Source: Tubulanus polymorphus | Lineage: Eukaryota > Animalia > Nemertea | Direction: 5' to 3' | DNA length: 64,000 nt | NCBI RefSeq assembly: GCF_964204645.1 | Contig: NC_134027.1 | Coordinates: 4,806,485 to 4,870,484 of the forward strand | Part shown: piece by piece, positions 26,739-37,461 of the stretch | How the letters are laid out: each line of letters starts with the position of its first letter | Position numbering within the stretch: the stretch's first letter is position 1 | Notes under the pieces: model-generated | Databases searched by the model: none | Told to the model about the DNA's origin: nothing | Seen by the model: the letters and a program-made list of their open reading frames with translations, nothing else | Made by a program: the position numbers and the translations under genes

Positions 26739-27258
26739 TGGGTCTCGGTAAAGTGCCACAGAATACAAATAAATGATGATTTCTCGGACCGAATGCAGAA
26801 ATGTCAAAATCAAAATTTAACAAAGATGTTGAGGTATGGCTGTAGCTAAATAATTATTAGGTAGTAAAACACGGTTTGGACTACGGACACGTGTTCGGAC
26901 CATTGACTTCTCACAACTTGTAGAGCCGACCGTTGACCATGAAGTTCCGGCTCGATTGCAAAGTTTCGCCGAAATTATCAAGTGAAAATCTACCCCTTTC
27001 CCTGAATTCGGAGTGTGTGCCTATGGAAGCTCATATAGTGTTCTGACGGTTGACTTGTGTAAATCCTCAACGGGTGGTAGAGGGGAGTATTGATTTATAC
27101 TTATGGCCGGGTGCATTAAACTAAGTACAAATTAAAAATCCATCAGTCCTAATAGGCCTATGCGTAGACAAGTGCTGATATTGACTGAAATAAAACCTGA
27201 CAATTTACGATTTCATTATTTTCAATTCGCACACGACGGGTGGCGGTTTCACTAAACC

Positions 27259-28194
27259 ATGAATTCAACAAAACCGATTGGCCGGGCGTACAATAGTTAC
27301 ATTCTGCTCATGGCTGTAGAAAATCAATCTGGCAGTCATCGCATGGTCTCATTAGTTATCTTTACGATTCTATTTTCGATGGGAGCCTTTGGAAATACAG
27401 CTACTTTCCTGATAATGATAAGTCATAGATTCAGGAATTTGTCTTACGCTAATTATCTGATCGCCCTCTCTATTTGTGATTTTATGTTTTGCCTCGACAG
27501 CACGTTGATGCCTGTGCTGCAATTTGTTATTTTACACGTTGATAATCACCCGATATATCTGATGAATTCTCTGATTAGTTGTCAACTTTACGAACATTTT
27601 GCGACGTTTACGTGTTCTATGAGTTCATGGTTTATAGTAGCGATATCTCTAGAACGTGCGGCAGTTGTGCTCTTCCCGTTCACGTCTCGTTTGATATGCA
27701 CACCCAGATTCGCACGATGCGTTATATCCGCCATTTTCGCGATGAACCTTTTGATTATAGGAATTCCAGCTCCAATATTAATGCGTTTTTCTATCAACGG
27801 ATGTCACTATAATCCGTATGACCAATTCTATGTTAACATAATTTTTGTTGTTTACGTTTATGTTCTACCATTGGCAATAATCATTACGTGTAATTGCGTG
27901 ATAGTCATTACTTTATTCAAGGATTCGGTATCTGTTTCGTCGACCAAGAAAAACACAAACGCAAAACGTACAACGATAACGCTTGTAACAGTTTCACTGG
28001 CGTTTACATTATTCACAATTCCAACCACTATCAATGCATTTCTGCCAATTCCTGCCGAACAGAGAGACATACTTTTTGCTATTCTTAATACTTTCGTAAC
28101 ATGTAATTATGTCATAAACTTCTATATATACCTTTTACTGGGGCGCGAGATCCGAGAATATTTCTGTGAACGGTTTTGCTGTTTATGTCGATGA
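27259..28194 (+). CDS. Intronless class A GPCR (orphan, neuropeptide-receptor-like)
   Basis: Seven hydrophobic segments; GN in TM1, YLIALSICD in TM2, SSWFIVAISLERAAVVLFPF at the end of TM3, FTIP in TM6, NYVINFYIY in TM7, C-terminal Cys cluster. Confidence 0.9.
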   Translation: MNSTKPIGRAYNSYILLMAVENQSGSHRMVSLVIFTILFSMGAFGNTATFLIMISHRFRNLSYANYLIALSICDFMFCLDSTLMPVLQFVILHVDNHPIYLMNSLISCQLYEHFATFTCSMSSWFIVAISLERAAVVLFPFTSRLICTPRFARCVISAIFAMNLLIIGIPAPILMRFSINGCHYNPYDQFYVNIIFVVYVYVLPLAIIITCNCVIVITLFKDSVSVSSTKKNTNAKRTTITLVTVSLAFTLFTIPTTINAFLPIPAEQRDILFAILNTFVTCNYVINFYIYLLLGREIREYFCERFCCLCR

Positions 28195-28706
28195 ATTTCA
28201 TTCTATCATAAAGAAGCGTTCCAGTGAAAAACGCCTATAAATGTTGTGCGTTTTACCGTTAGATCTACGTAGGATGCATTTGGTAACAAATCACTGATTA
28301 AGATGTTACTAAAATCCGTTGGGTGAACACGGACAAGAAATTTACTCTATATCGACAATTCTTGCAATCCTCTGTCCTTTTTCGTCTGAAAAATTGACAT
28401 TTTATTGAGAGATTGGTTTGCCAGTATGTCGTGGTAACTACCCTTCTCCCGGAAGTCAATGTAACGAATATCAATGTACGAATTACAATGTACATGTGCG
28501 CAGCATGTATATCATTCCTTTCTGGAACGGCCTTTAGAAAATATCAAAACGCCAAAATAACCACATAACCAATGTATCAAATTTAAAAGATCAATAGATT
28601 ATAATTAATACACATTTTCAGTAGCATATACAGGTAGAATGTGGTCATAATCTTAAACACCAATGAAAAGTATGGACATTCTGTTTGCATTTCTATTTTG
28701 CCTTTT

Positions 28707-29593
28707 CTAGTTTTTAAGGAATTCATCAATAGCTTTGCCCAAGTTGTCATCTAAAAACTCAATGAACTCTTGGAAGGAAAACTTTCCATCTTTATTCTTG
28801 TCAAAATTATCCAACATGTACTTGATGGCTTTTTCTGCATCTTCGCCGGTTATTCCCACGCTAGCGAAAAATGCGTCGATTTCCTCGTGATCCATGTGGT
28901 AACCAGACTCTCCATCAGCAGCATATTCCCAAAATATACCTTGCCAGTGATCTTGAATCGAAGGCCTTGAACAGTTGAAAAAATAAAGATATTAAACTAC
29001 CCGACCATGAAATATTTCTATTCAAAAACAACGTATACTTACATGAACATTGCTTTTATGAAGCCTTTAATGGTGAGTGTGTCACTGCCGTCTGTACAAT
29101 ATTTCTTAAAGATCGGCTAAAATGAGAAATTTTTAGAATATATATATATAATGTCGATTGAATCAAGGGATTAGGATATCTATATTACTACTTGAAGAAA
29201 TTCGATTATCGGGTATATAAGCAAATTCTGTACGCTGATGTTTAATTGATAATCAATTGTTTGTGGGCTCTGATTTATCCTCTATGAAATTTCATTCTTA
29301 AGATCGACTCTTTTTAGAGTAAAGTACTATCTTATCAAATCAACACTTTGATTTGTAGGTAAAGTTATCCTAGAAATTACAAACGCTTTCTTGGTCATAT
29401 AAAATGTAACGCGTGCTATTTCTTAACTTACGTCAATGTCCTCACTACTTATGACAGCCGCCGCTTCTTCTTTGGTAAGTTTTCCATCGCCATTATCCGC
29501 CATTTCGAAAAAACTTTTAAAATTTGAAAATGATTCTCCCAAATTTGGTATTTGATACTTTTCTGCTAATTTCTTGATAGCTACGTCTGCCAT
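28707..29593 (-). CDS. EF-hand calcium-binding protein, 164 aa, 3 exons (29593-29432, 29116-29043, 28965-28707)
   Basis: GTAAGT donors and frame-consistent joins (495 nt). Canonical loop DKNKDGKFSFQE, variant ADNGDGKLTKEE, and two degenerate central hands. Confidence 0.85.
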
Positions 29594-29669
29594 GATTCCT
29601 CTGTTGTTGGCTGTTAACAAATATTCATTAATTATAATGTTCGTACGTATATATATAGGCGCAGCCAAT

Positions 29670-29720
29670 CGCGAATTTCGTTATTATTGGCTTACAAAAT
29701 TGCTGTACGCAAGTATGAAC

Positions 29721-29806
<86 letters not shown>

Positions 29807-29856
29807 GTTCATACTTGCGTACAGCAATTTTGTAAGCCAATAATAACGAAATTCGC

Positions 29857-29942
<86 letters not shown>
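29670..29942. repeat. Perfect 188-bp palindrome (29670-29857) centred on (TA)n, followed by a second (TA)n tract
   Basis: The arm CGCGAATTTCGTTATTATTGGCTTACAAAATTGCTGTACGCAAGTATGAACGTG is mirrored exactly after the TA run. Confidence 0.95.
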
Positions 29943-29943
<1 letters not shown>

Positions 29944-29944
29944 A

Positions 29945-30035
29945 AAGAATTCTTAAATCGAGAATTCATTGAAAAACAATCTAAAATATAAGAACACGGC
30001 GTTTCGATCTCACCCTAGAGATCGTCAGGTGTGAG
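29945..30035 (-). mobile_element. Penelope-like terminal-repeat remnant with a degenerate hammerhead motif
   Basis: Minus strand 30032-29994 reads ACAC-CTGACGA-TCTC-TAGGGT-GAGA-TC-GAAA-CG-CC-GTGT. The flank resembles 40935-41005. Confidence 0.65.
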
Positions 30036-30281
30036 TTATTTACTAAAAACAGAAGTGAGAACAGGTTAATTGAGTTAATTGGTGAATGATTAAGTAGTTT
30101 TTATCTTATAATCAGGGACTTGTCTCTGTCGCCGCGTGCCTGGGCATAGCCAACCGAACCAGATTTAGAGCGGGTGCCACATGGGCGGATACAAGGGAGG
30201 GGAGGTTTATAGGGGTCTCGACCCTCTTGCTCCGTGTTCGAAGATTTTCTGAGTATCAATCATATTAATGATGAGACAATA

Positions 30282-30618
30282 GAACAGAGAGACATACTTC
30301 TTAATACTTTCGTCACATGTCATAAACATATGTATACCTTTTACTGGATCCGAGAATATTTCAGTGAACCGTTTTTGCTGTTTATGTCGATAAAGATGGA
30401 GATGGTTCATTCTTTTATAAAGAAGCGTTCCGGTGAAAAATGCCTAAATGTTGTGCGTTTTACCATTAGATCTAGGATCCAAATCATAATATATCACTGA
30501 TTACGAGGTTGCTGCAATCTGTTGGGTGAACACGTACACGGAGAAGAATTCATATCGACAACCCTTGCTATCCAATGTCCTCTCGTACGTAGCTGCAAAA
30601 TTGACATTTTATGAGAGT
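30282..30618 (+). pseudogene. Decayed duplicate of the GPCR 3' end and 3' flank
   Basis: Aligns by eye to 28057-28411 (GAACAGAGAGACATACTT... to ...AAAATTGACATTTT) with several 8-9 bp deletions. Confidence 0.85.
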
Positions 30619-30929
30619 TAAGGTACCGTTCTTCCGAGTTAATTGATATATTTTTGTTTGTTATTTTATCCCGTTGTTCAGATCTTTGTTTCCCGGAATT
30701 CTGCAAACAACATCAAATTGAATAAAAACACGAAGGACTAAAAATCGATGTCCGCGTCTTGATTTTCAATCTCGTAACCGTGCAAACGACGAGTCGTCAC
30801 ATCTTAATTTGCAATAACTTATTGATTTGCAGAGATTAAGATTAAGATTTTTTTTTTCATTTTTTCCCATCATTTGAGTTAAATTCATCACAACTTTCGC
30901 TCCTTTTTTAATTTTTTGCAGTCCTCCCA

Positions 30930-31070
30930 AGTCATCTTCACTGACTCGATATAGTCGAAACGTTGAAATAAACTACTATCTCGAAGTTTCATTTTCGGAC
31001 TTTTTATTATCATTGTGGGATTCTCTCCTCATCGCGTCAACACGGACATAGTGTTCTACCAATCGTGAAC
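30930..31070 (+). mobile_element. Second copy of the 33.1-kb Penelope-like repeat, truncated at an inverted junction
   Basis: 30948-31068 is nearly identical to 33113-33234. It is preceded by GTCATCTTCA, the reverse complement of the TGAAGATGAC core. Confidence 0.7.
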
Positions 31071-31440
31071 TGTTTATTCATACTTAAACAAAAATTTGAT
31101 TTTTATAAATAAATTCATGTTCCCTTCAATTTTAAAATGCATACTATAAAAAAATCTTTTTCATGTTTTTCTCTTCGCCCTCCCATTTTGTTCTTGAAAA
31201 AATCCGTTCTCCGAGAAAAAACTTTAGGTTGAATTATGTGTCAATAAAACGTTTTTCTAGCGTTGGCGCTCTGGAAAATGCAGGAATCGAACCCAAAGTT
31301 CAAGTACCGTTCCAATCGTCCAGTCCGATCCCCATTCCGCACTTCCTGGTTGTGTCAAAATGCAAAATGAAACAGGTTTTTGGCTTTTTCGCCAAGCGAT
31401 TTAAATATGTTTGTAAGAGGTTTCGTTCAAGCATTTCAAC

Positions 31441-34400
31441 ATGTCTAGTCAGTACAACTACACGGAAGAAATAGTCAGTGAGTTGGGAAATATTTTTGAT
31501 GCCCTTGATTTGTTGGAAGAAAACAAAATAGAAATCGGCAGTTTGGAAACTTTGGCTGAAATGAAAGATTTATTGATCAGCAAGTTGAATGAAGTTTCAG
31601 ATGTACCGGTAGGTTCAGACAAGATAATCATCTCTTTCCTAGTAAAGCATATAGCAATAGGTCCAGAGACGGACGGTGCAGAATTCTAGGCATTTTAACT
31701 CTAAAGTTGTTTAGGCTATTCTATAAAAACTGAATCGCCTGTGACGTTGTCACAGGTTCGACAATAATGAAAAATATGGATCTTTTGAAAAACTGTATTT
31801 ATTTTGAATAACAAGTGGAAGAAATCATTCAATAGCAGGGTCCGATCTAAGGAATGAAAGCCATTTGCCCGGGGGGCAAGCATATCTGAAATTTCACTTG
31901 CCCCCTCCAAAAGCTTCTTGCCGCCCTGCACAGGCAGACCGATTGTTGGCATTATCATCCATTGTATCAAGTGGGAAAAAAGCTTTGAGACATGAAATTG
32001 CACTAGCCCGTGGGGGGCAAGTGATAATGATAACCTACTTGCCCGGATGAGAATATACTTGTCCCGGACAATCGGACGTGCTTAGATCGGACCCTGCGAT
32101 AGTATAGGCTACCTCATTATATATTGTGTTTGAATTTATTTTTGCAGGTTCAAACAGAAGTGGACTGGTTTCGTGAAATTGCGCATGACCATGAAGTAAA
32201 AAAGCTTGATCTGATGAAAATATATGCGCAGTTATCTGAATTACTATTATCATTAAAAGAAAAACCTAGAGATCAGATCGAAAGACAAGTTCCCGATTGC
32301 GTTGATAGACTGATGCAAAATAACAGCGTTCTAGCGCATAAGGGCTGTCCAATACTGGTGGCTGGTGAGTTTGGCGTGTATAAGTTTTGGAATAAATTTT
32401 TAACCCTAATGAACATGTTTATCCAGAGTCTGAACCCTTTCAGTGCGTCTACACCACAGTGCGGTGGATGAATCCTTGATGTGTATTGATGTAGTTAGTG
32501 CGGTGTATTGATGTGATTAGTAATTAGTTTTTATCTCTATTGAAAGATGGCGGCACCTGTCAAACATTGTGAAATATTAGTAACTAACGATACACTGCGC
32601 TGCGGTGTATACACACTATATGGTATTCCCGTTATTCAACACACTAGGGTGGAATTTTTCAAAATTTTCAAATTATCTCCAGCACAGCATAGGGTATTGG
32701 TTAGTCAGCACTGAAAGGGTTAAGAGGAGTGTAGGTTATCCTTGCAACTGCCGGTGATATGATTCTCTGTGACTGCCAGCGATTGGATGCCCTTGTGACT
32801 TCATGCTCTAGTGACTGAAAGAGACTAAAAGTTTCACACAACATCTCTGACAATCAGGTCACAATCAACCTCAATTCCAATGTAGAGAGAATCCCACAAT
32901 TATAACGAAAAAGTCCGAAAATGAAACTTCGAGATAGGGAAGCAAACTAAGTTTGCTTCCCTTTAATCTATTTTAGCTTGTAACTGTTTCTACGTTAATT
33001 TTCCTTTAGTTTGTATCATCTCTGATTACTTGAATTAGTCTCTTTGTCTCTTGATTGTATATATATCTCATAATTTTTGTAGTTTCTCATTATTCCTGAA
33101 GATGACTATTAGGATATAGTCGAAACGTTGAAATAAACTACTATCTCGAAGTTTCATTTTCGGACTTTTTCGTTATAATTGTGGGATTCTCTCTACATCG
33201 CGTCAACACGGATATAGTGTTCTATCAATCGTGATCAATTCCAATTTGTAACCAGTCGCATTGCGTCGCAAGCAGTCGACTTACACCAGCCTGGAAGTTA
33301 TACTCAATAAGTGTATTCTCTTATTTTAAGGTGAAACTGGTGCAGGAAAAAGTAGCTTCCTTAATCTCCTGATCGGAGAGGATATTCTACCGGTTGATTG
33401 CTATGAGAGCACCACTTCAACCATCTGTGAAATTAAACACTCCGATAGTAGATATGCCGTCATTCATCGGAAAAATGGAAAAGATCCTATCAATGAAAAA
33501 CTAGATGGAAGATTAGATGGCGTACAAAAAATATTGAATAAATATGTGAATATTGTCTCTGATGATCGGTCTCAAAATGAATATGAGCTTGTCGAGATTT
33601 TCTGGCCAATACCAATTTTACAGGTACGTACTATTTATAAATGAACTTGTTAGAAATTCAGATCTTTGTAGAATTGAACGGTTGAATAGACATTTAAGAG
33701 TATGTATTGATATATTATATGTTTTAGGGAAATGTGTATATCGTTGATAGTCCAGGCATCGGAGAAACAGAATCCATGAATCAGAATATTTACAAGTACT
33801 TACCAAATGCTGCCGCTTTCATTTACATTATCAACAGTAAGAATGCTGGTGGTGTTACTGATGATAGAGTAAGTACTTCTACTGAGATTCTCTAATTGTA
33901 TTTGTATATCTTCTTTATCGAGATTTCAATGCGTTAATGTTGTTCATCTGTTAATGGTTTCAGTTGATTACTCTGATTGGTCATGTCAAAGAAATTTTAT
34001 TCGATGAAAAAGTGCTACAGCGTTTCGATCCCCGTTCAGCCATATTCATTTTCAACAAATGGGATCAGGTACCAGAACAATCTCGCGATTCAGTTGCCGA
34101 TAACATGACTAGTAAATTACAGTGTTGGCCTGGACTTGATATAGATGAACAAGTTTTCTTTCTTTCTATTACTGAGGTGAGACGGCCACTTTTAAATTCT
34201 TACGGTTCTTGTGCATTACATGTACTAGGAAAACGCATTTTTTCTTTTCTGTTGACAGGTTGTGCGATGTCGAAAGCAATCTATTGGCATGACAAAACAG
34301 TACGCGGATATCATGCATGGATTAAGGAAATTCTTAAAAACTGGATTGGAAATATCTACTAGAAGACATTATAAGTATGAAACATCTCAATCTTCAATGA

Positions 34401-36754
34401 TCTCATATTCCGCCTTACTCTTTTGAGAATCAGGGAAATAGAAACATTCTCCAGATACATTTTGGTAAAATTCCTTGATTCGAGTGGTTTCCTGAGTAAG
34501 ACGGAATCTACTGCATCTTTAACCTTCAGATTTTAAGTGTACACCCTGATATTGTTTGTATAAATTTACAGTTGGCTTCGACACATTTTGGATCGTATCG
34601 AGATGCCTCTTACATCTCCTATTGCAGCAGCTCGACGCAACAAAATCGAACGTACGGAAATAAAGAAGAAAATTGGTAAACAAATACACAATCTATACGG
34701 AAAATCGGATCGAATTATTCAAGACCTTGAACATCGACTGAAAACTGAGGTTGATACAATTGTTCATGTGCTTCATGAGCATCTGAAGTGTAAGAGTACG
34801 CGTCAACGTTTGTTTGAAAAATGTACAGAATATGAAGGAATTTTACCAGACAGTGACGAGTGGTGCACTGTGAAAGATGAAATACAAAATTTAGTATTCA
34901 AAATCATTAATGATGAGGTCACTGAATGGGAGAAAGATAAGTGTATGTTCATTCACGCCAAGTCAGAACTGGTTTCCATGTTGAAAGATCGCTTTCATTT
35001 GTTGAATTCCGAGTTGGAGCGAATTGAACGTGAAATCCGAGGTTCCTCATTGATGTCTGTGTCGACAACCAGTTTGAGAAAATTTGAAAAATTTGGTTTG
35101 TTTGGATACACTGAAAAAGCTGTACTTTGGACGACGGCTCCTTTGTGGTTTCCCTTAGCTATATTAGCCAGTGTCATAGCTTTACCTGTTTATGGTTCAA
35201 TCAATATATTCAACCATATATCTCACAGCCGAAAAATGAAGAAGTTCACCAGAGATAAGATGATGTACTTGCAAAAGGAAGTGTCCAAATATTTAGATTG
35301 GCTCGACTTGGATGCTGTAAAAACAACTCTTGTTGAAAACCATCTAGTACACCTAGCCAATTACACAAAGAAATGTACCGCAATTATCAAGCGTTTCCTC
35401 GAGGCAGATAAAGAACTGCTCGATGAACTTGATGGAAAATCGGTACTGTGGAACACACAAACAATACTTGACGAGTATATTCCGATATATGGTAAATTTC
35501 GGCGAATTTTTTCCCAGCTCGAAGTCATGCATTTTCGTCATTATTTACATATAGATGATGAAATTTTCATCGATAAAGACCGCTTTGTCTCGTGGGGTAA
35601 TAGGATCGGGAGAGGAAGTTTCGGTGATGTTTATGAAGCTCATGTCCAGATAAATTTGGCATGCTCTGTGTGCGGATCGCGATGGGAGGAGAGAAAATGT
35701 GCTGTGAAAATTATCGAGGTCGAAGTGCATCGACGATCGAGTCAGCCTCTAGAGTTGGCCCATGAAATTAAAGTGCTCAGGTAAGTAACACCTTACGGAC
35801 AATAGGAGGATCCAAACATGTCTGAAGGCGATTTATTGAAATTAGTATATATTTTCAGGAGCATCAATTCCGAACGTCACAAGGTTTGTGAAGACTGTTT
35901 TTATGGTGACAAGTCTGAAAATATCTCCAATCAGTCACACGATTCAAGTGTTCAAACAATTCAAAAGCCCCAATTACATGAACACATAGCTAAAGGCAGC
36001 AGAAACGTCATACGTCTGTTCGGAGTCCATTTTCAAGAAAGCATAAAAGCTGAAGTGTTACTAGTCATGGAGTACTGCAAAGAAACTCTGAAGGATGCTA
36101 TATTTAATAATAGTCAAAGAATTCCAGCCAAACATCTAGAATTGGGGCAAGAATTTAAAAGCGCAGTTGAGTTTTTCTTTAAGTATGCTATTCGACTAAC
36201 GCGTGGATTAATGTATATACATGATCTGCAAATCATTCATAGAGATTTGAAACTGGAGAATATACTGGTAAGTAATCGTGTAATCAATTTGAACTCAAAT
36301 CATTACCAACTTAATCTGATACTCATTCATTTTACAGCTCACCGAAGACGGTCAGTTGAAGATAAGTGACTTGGGAGTGGCAAAACCAGAGAAACAAATA
36401 ACTGGAACAATGAAAGGTACATTAGCGTACCTTGATCCGGAAATATTGCGCGGAGGTCTGTCAACACGTCCATCGGATATATATAGCCTTGGTTTAATTT
36501 TGTGGGAAATGTGGTATGGCTGCGAAGTTTTTGCGGATTATTACGAACTTGGTTGGCAAATTTTACAACAAGATATACTCGATGGAGTGCGGCCAGATTT
36601 TAGTCAACGACGAGCACCATTTTGTAAACTACAGGATTTAATGATCGGATGTTGGCACAATGATCCATGGAAACGGTTTTCTGATGCGCGGTGTAAAAAA
36701 GAACTTAAAGCTTTAAGGTCCATAATAGATGAATTAACCCTTCCAACGTTGTAA
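31441..36754 (+). CDS. Dynamin-like GTPase, helical/TM hairpin and protein kinase fusion (DSTYK/RIPK5-like architecture), 1060 aa, 9 exons
   Basis: Exons 31441-31608, 32148-32364, 33331-33623, 33728-33868, 33964-34176, 34259-34374, 34572-35780, 35859-36267, 36338-36754 (3183 nt, in frame). G1 GETGAGKSS, G2 STTSTIC, G3 IVDSPG, G4 FNKWD; hydrophobic AVLWTTAPLWFPLAILASVIALPVYG; kinase GRGSFG, AVK, HE, HRDLKLEN, DLG, GTLAYLDPE, SDIYSLG. Confidence 0.9.
31836..32096. mobile_element. MITE with 16-bp perfect TIRs (CAGGG ends) in intron 1 of the kinase gene
   Basis: CAGGGTCCGATCTAAG ... CTTAGATCGGACCCTG; internal TTGCCC/GGGCAAG subrepeats; flanks CAATAG and CGATAG may be a TSD. Confidence 0.85.
32435..32719. 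mobile_element. piggyBac-type MITE, copy 1
   Basis: CCCTTTCAGTGC ... GCACTGAAAGGG TIRs, TGAA/TTAA flanks; highly similar to 56179-56466. Confidence 0.9.
32880..33235 (+). mobile_element. Penelope-like remnant with an inverted partial terminal repeat
   Basis: 32880-32937 is the reverse complement of about 33140-33198. Contains the hammerhead motif at 33091-33135 and the hairpin AGGGAAGCAAAC-TAA-GTTTGCTTCCCT at 32936-32962. Confidence 0.7.
33091..33135 (+). ncRNA. Minimal type I hammerhead-ribozyme-like motif
   Basis: TATTC-CTGAAGA-T-GACTAT(TAGGAT)ATAGTC-GAAA-CG-TT-GAAATA. It has the CUGANGA and GAAA cores, a 6-bp stem II, a palindromic ACGT in place of stem III and a weak stem I. Confidence 0.6.
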
Positions 36755-36952
36755 TATCGGTGATTACGAAACCATTAACTGCTGATAATGTATGGTATTT
36801 GCATTATATACTGTTACATGTATGTAATTCATATGACATGAATAACAAAAATGATTTGATAGCTACAAAATTATCATCATGGACTAAACGGAGGCCTGGT
36901 AAGGCCTGTAGGTGAAAAATGAATCTACCCCAAGAAAGCTTTAATATGTTTA

Positions 36953-37088
36953 CAGTAGAATCTGTTTAATTCGGATAATTTGGGACCAACAAAATTCATC
37001 CGGTTTACGGGAATACCAGAAGTAATTTTCTAATTAATTTAAAACCAAAATCCTGGTTAAGCTGATCCGGATAAAGCGGGTTTGATTG
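36953..37088. mobile_element. Decayed Tc1/pogo-type MITE
   Basis: TA|CAGTAGAATCTGTTTAATTCGGAT ... ATCCGGATAAAGCGGGTTTGATTG|TA; imperfect TIRs with TA flanks. Confidence 0.55.
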
Positions 37089-37461
37089 TAGTAAAAGTAT
37101 AAAATGAAGTTTGCTATGTATTTAAATCATAAGGTGCTGAATATTAAAATTTTATTGCTATTTACTGATTTTATATAATAAATTCCTACATATTTTATAC
37201 ATTGTATTTGCACTAAGTGATTATTTTCATCTCGATCAAGTCGTCCAATTTTCTTTGATCTTAGCAACACATTCAAAACTCCTAGATAGATAACTGACGA
37301 ATAAAGATAGTGTAATGCAATATCATCATCGAAGCATTGTTTTATTATTCCTTAAATGCTAACTACAAATATATCATTAACAAAGATTCTTTCAGATTTT
37401 TCAGAATCAGTATAAAATGCATTGATTAATTCTAAAAGGTGTCAATATGTTTGAACGAGTG

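Noticed and set aside
29574-29969. ORFs with (IY)n runs
   Set aside because: They are translations of the (TA)n microsatellite and palindrome.
31441-36754. Recent horizontal transfer of a bacterial dynamin-like gene
   Set aside because: It has eight canonical host-type introns and a eukaryotic kinase domain, and related architectures are known in animals.
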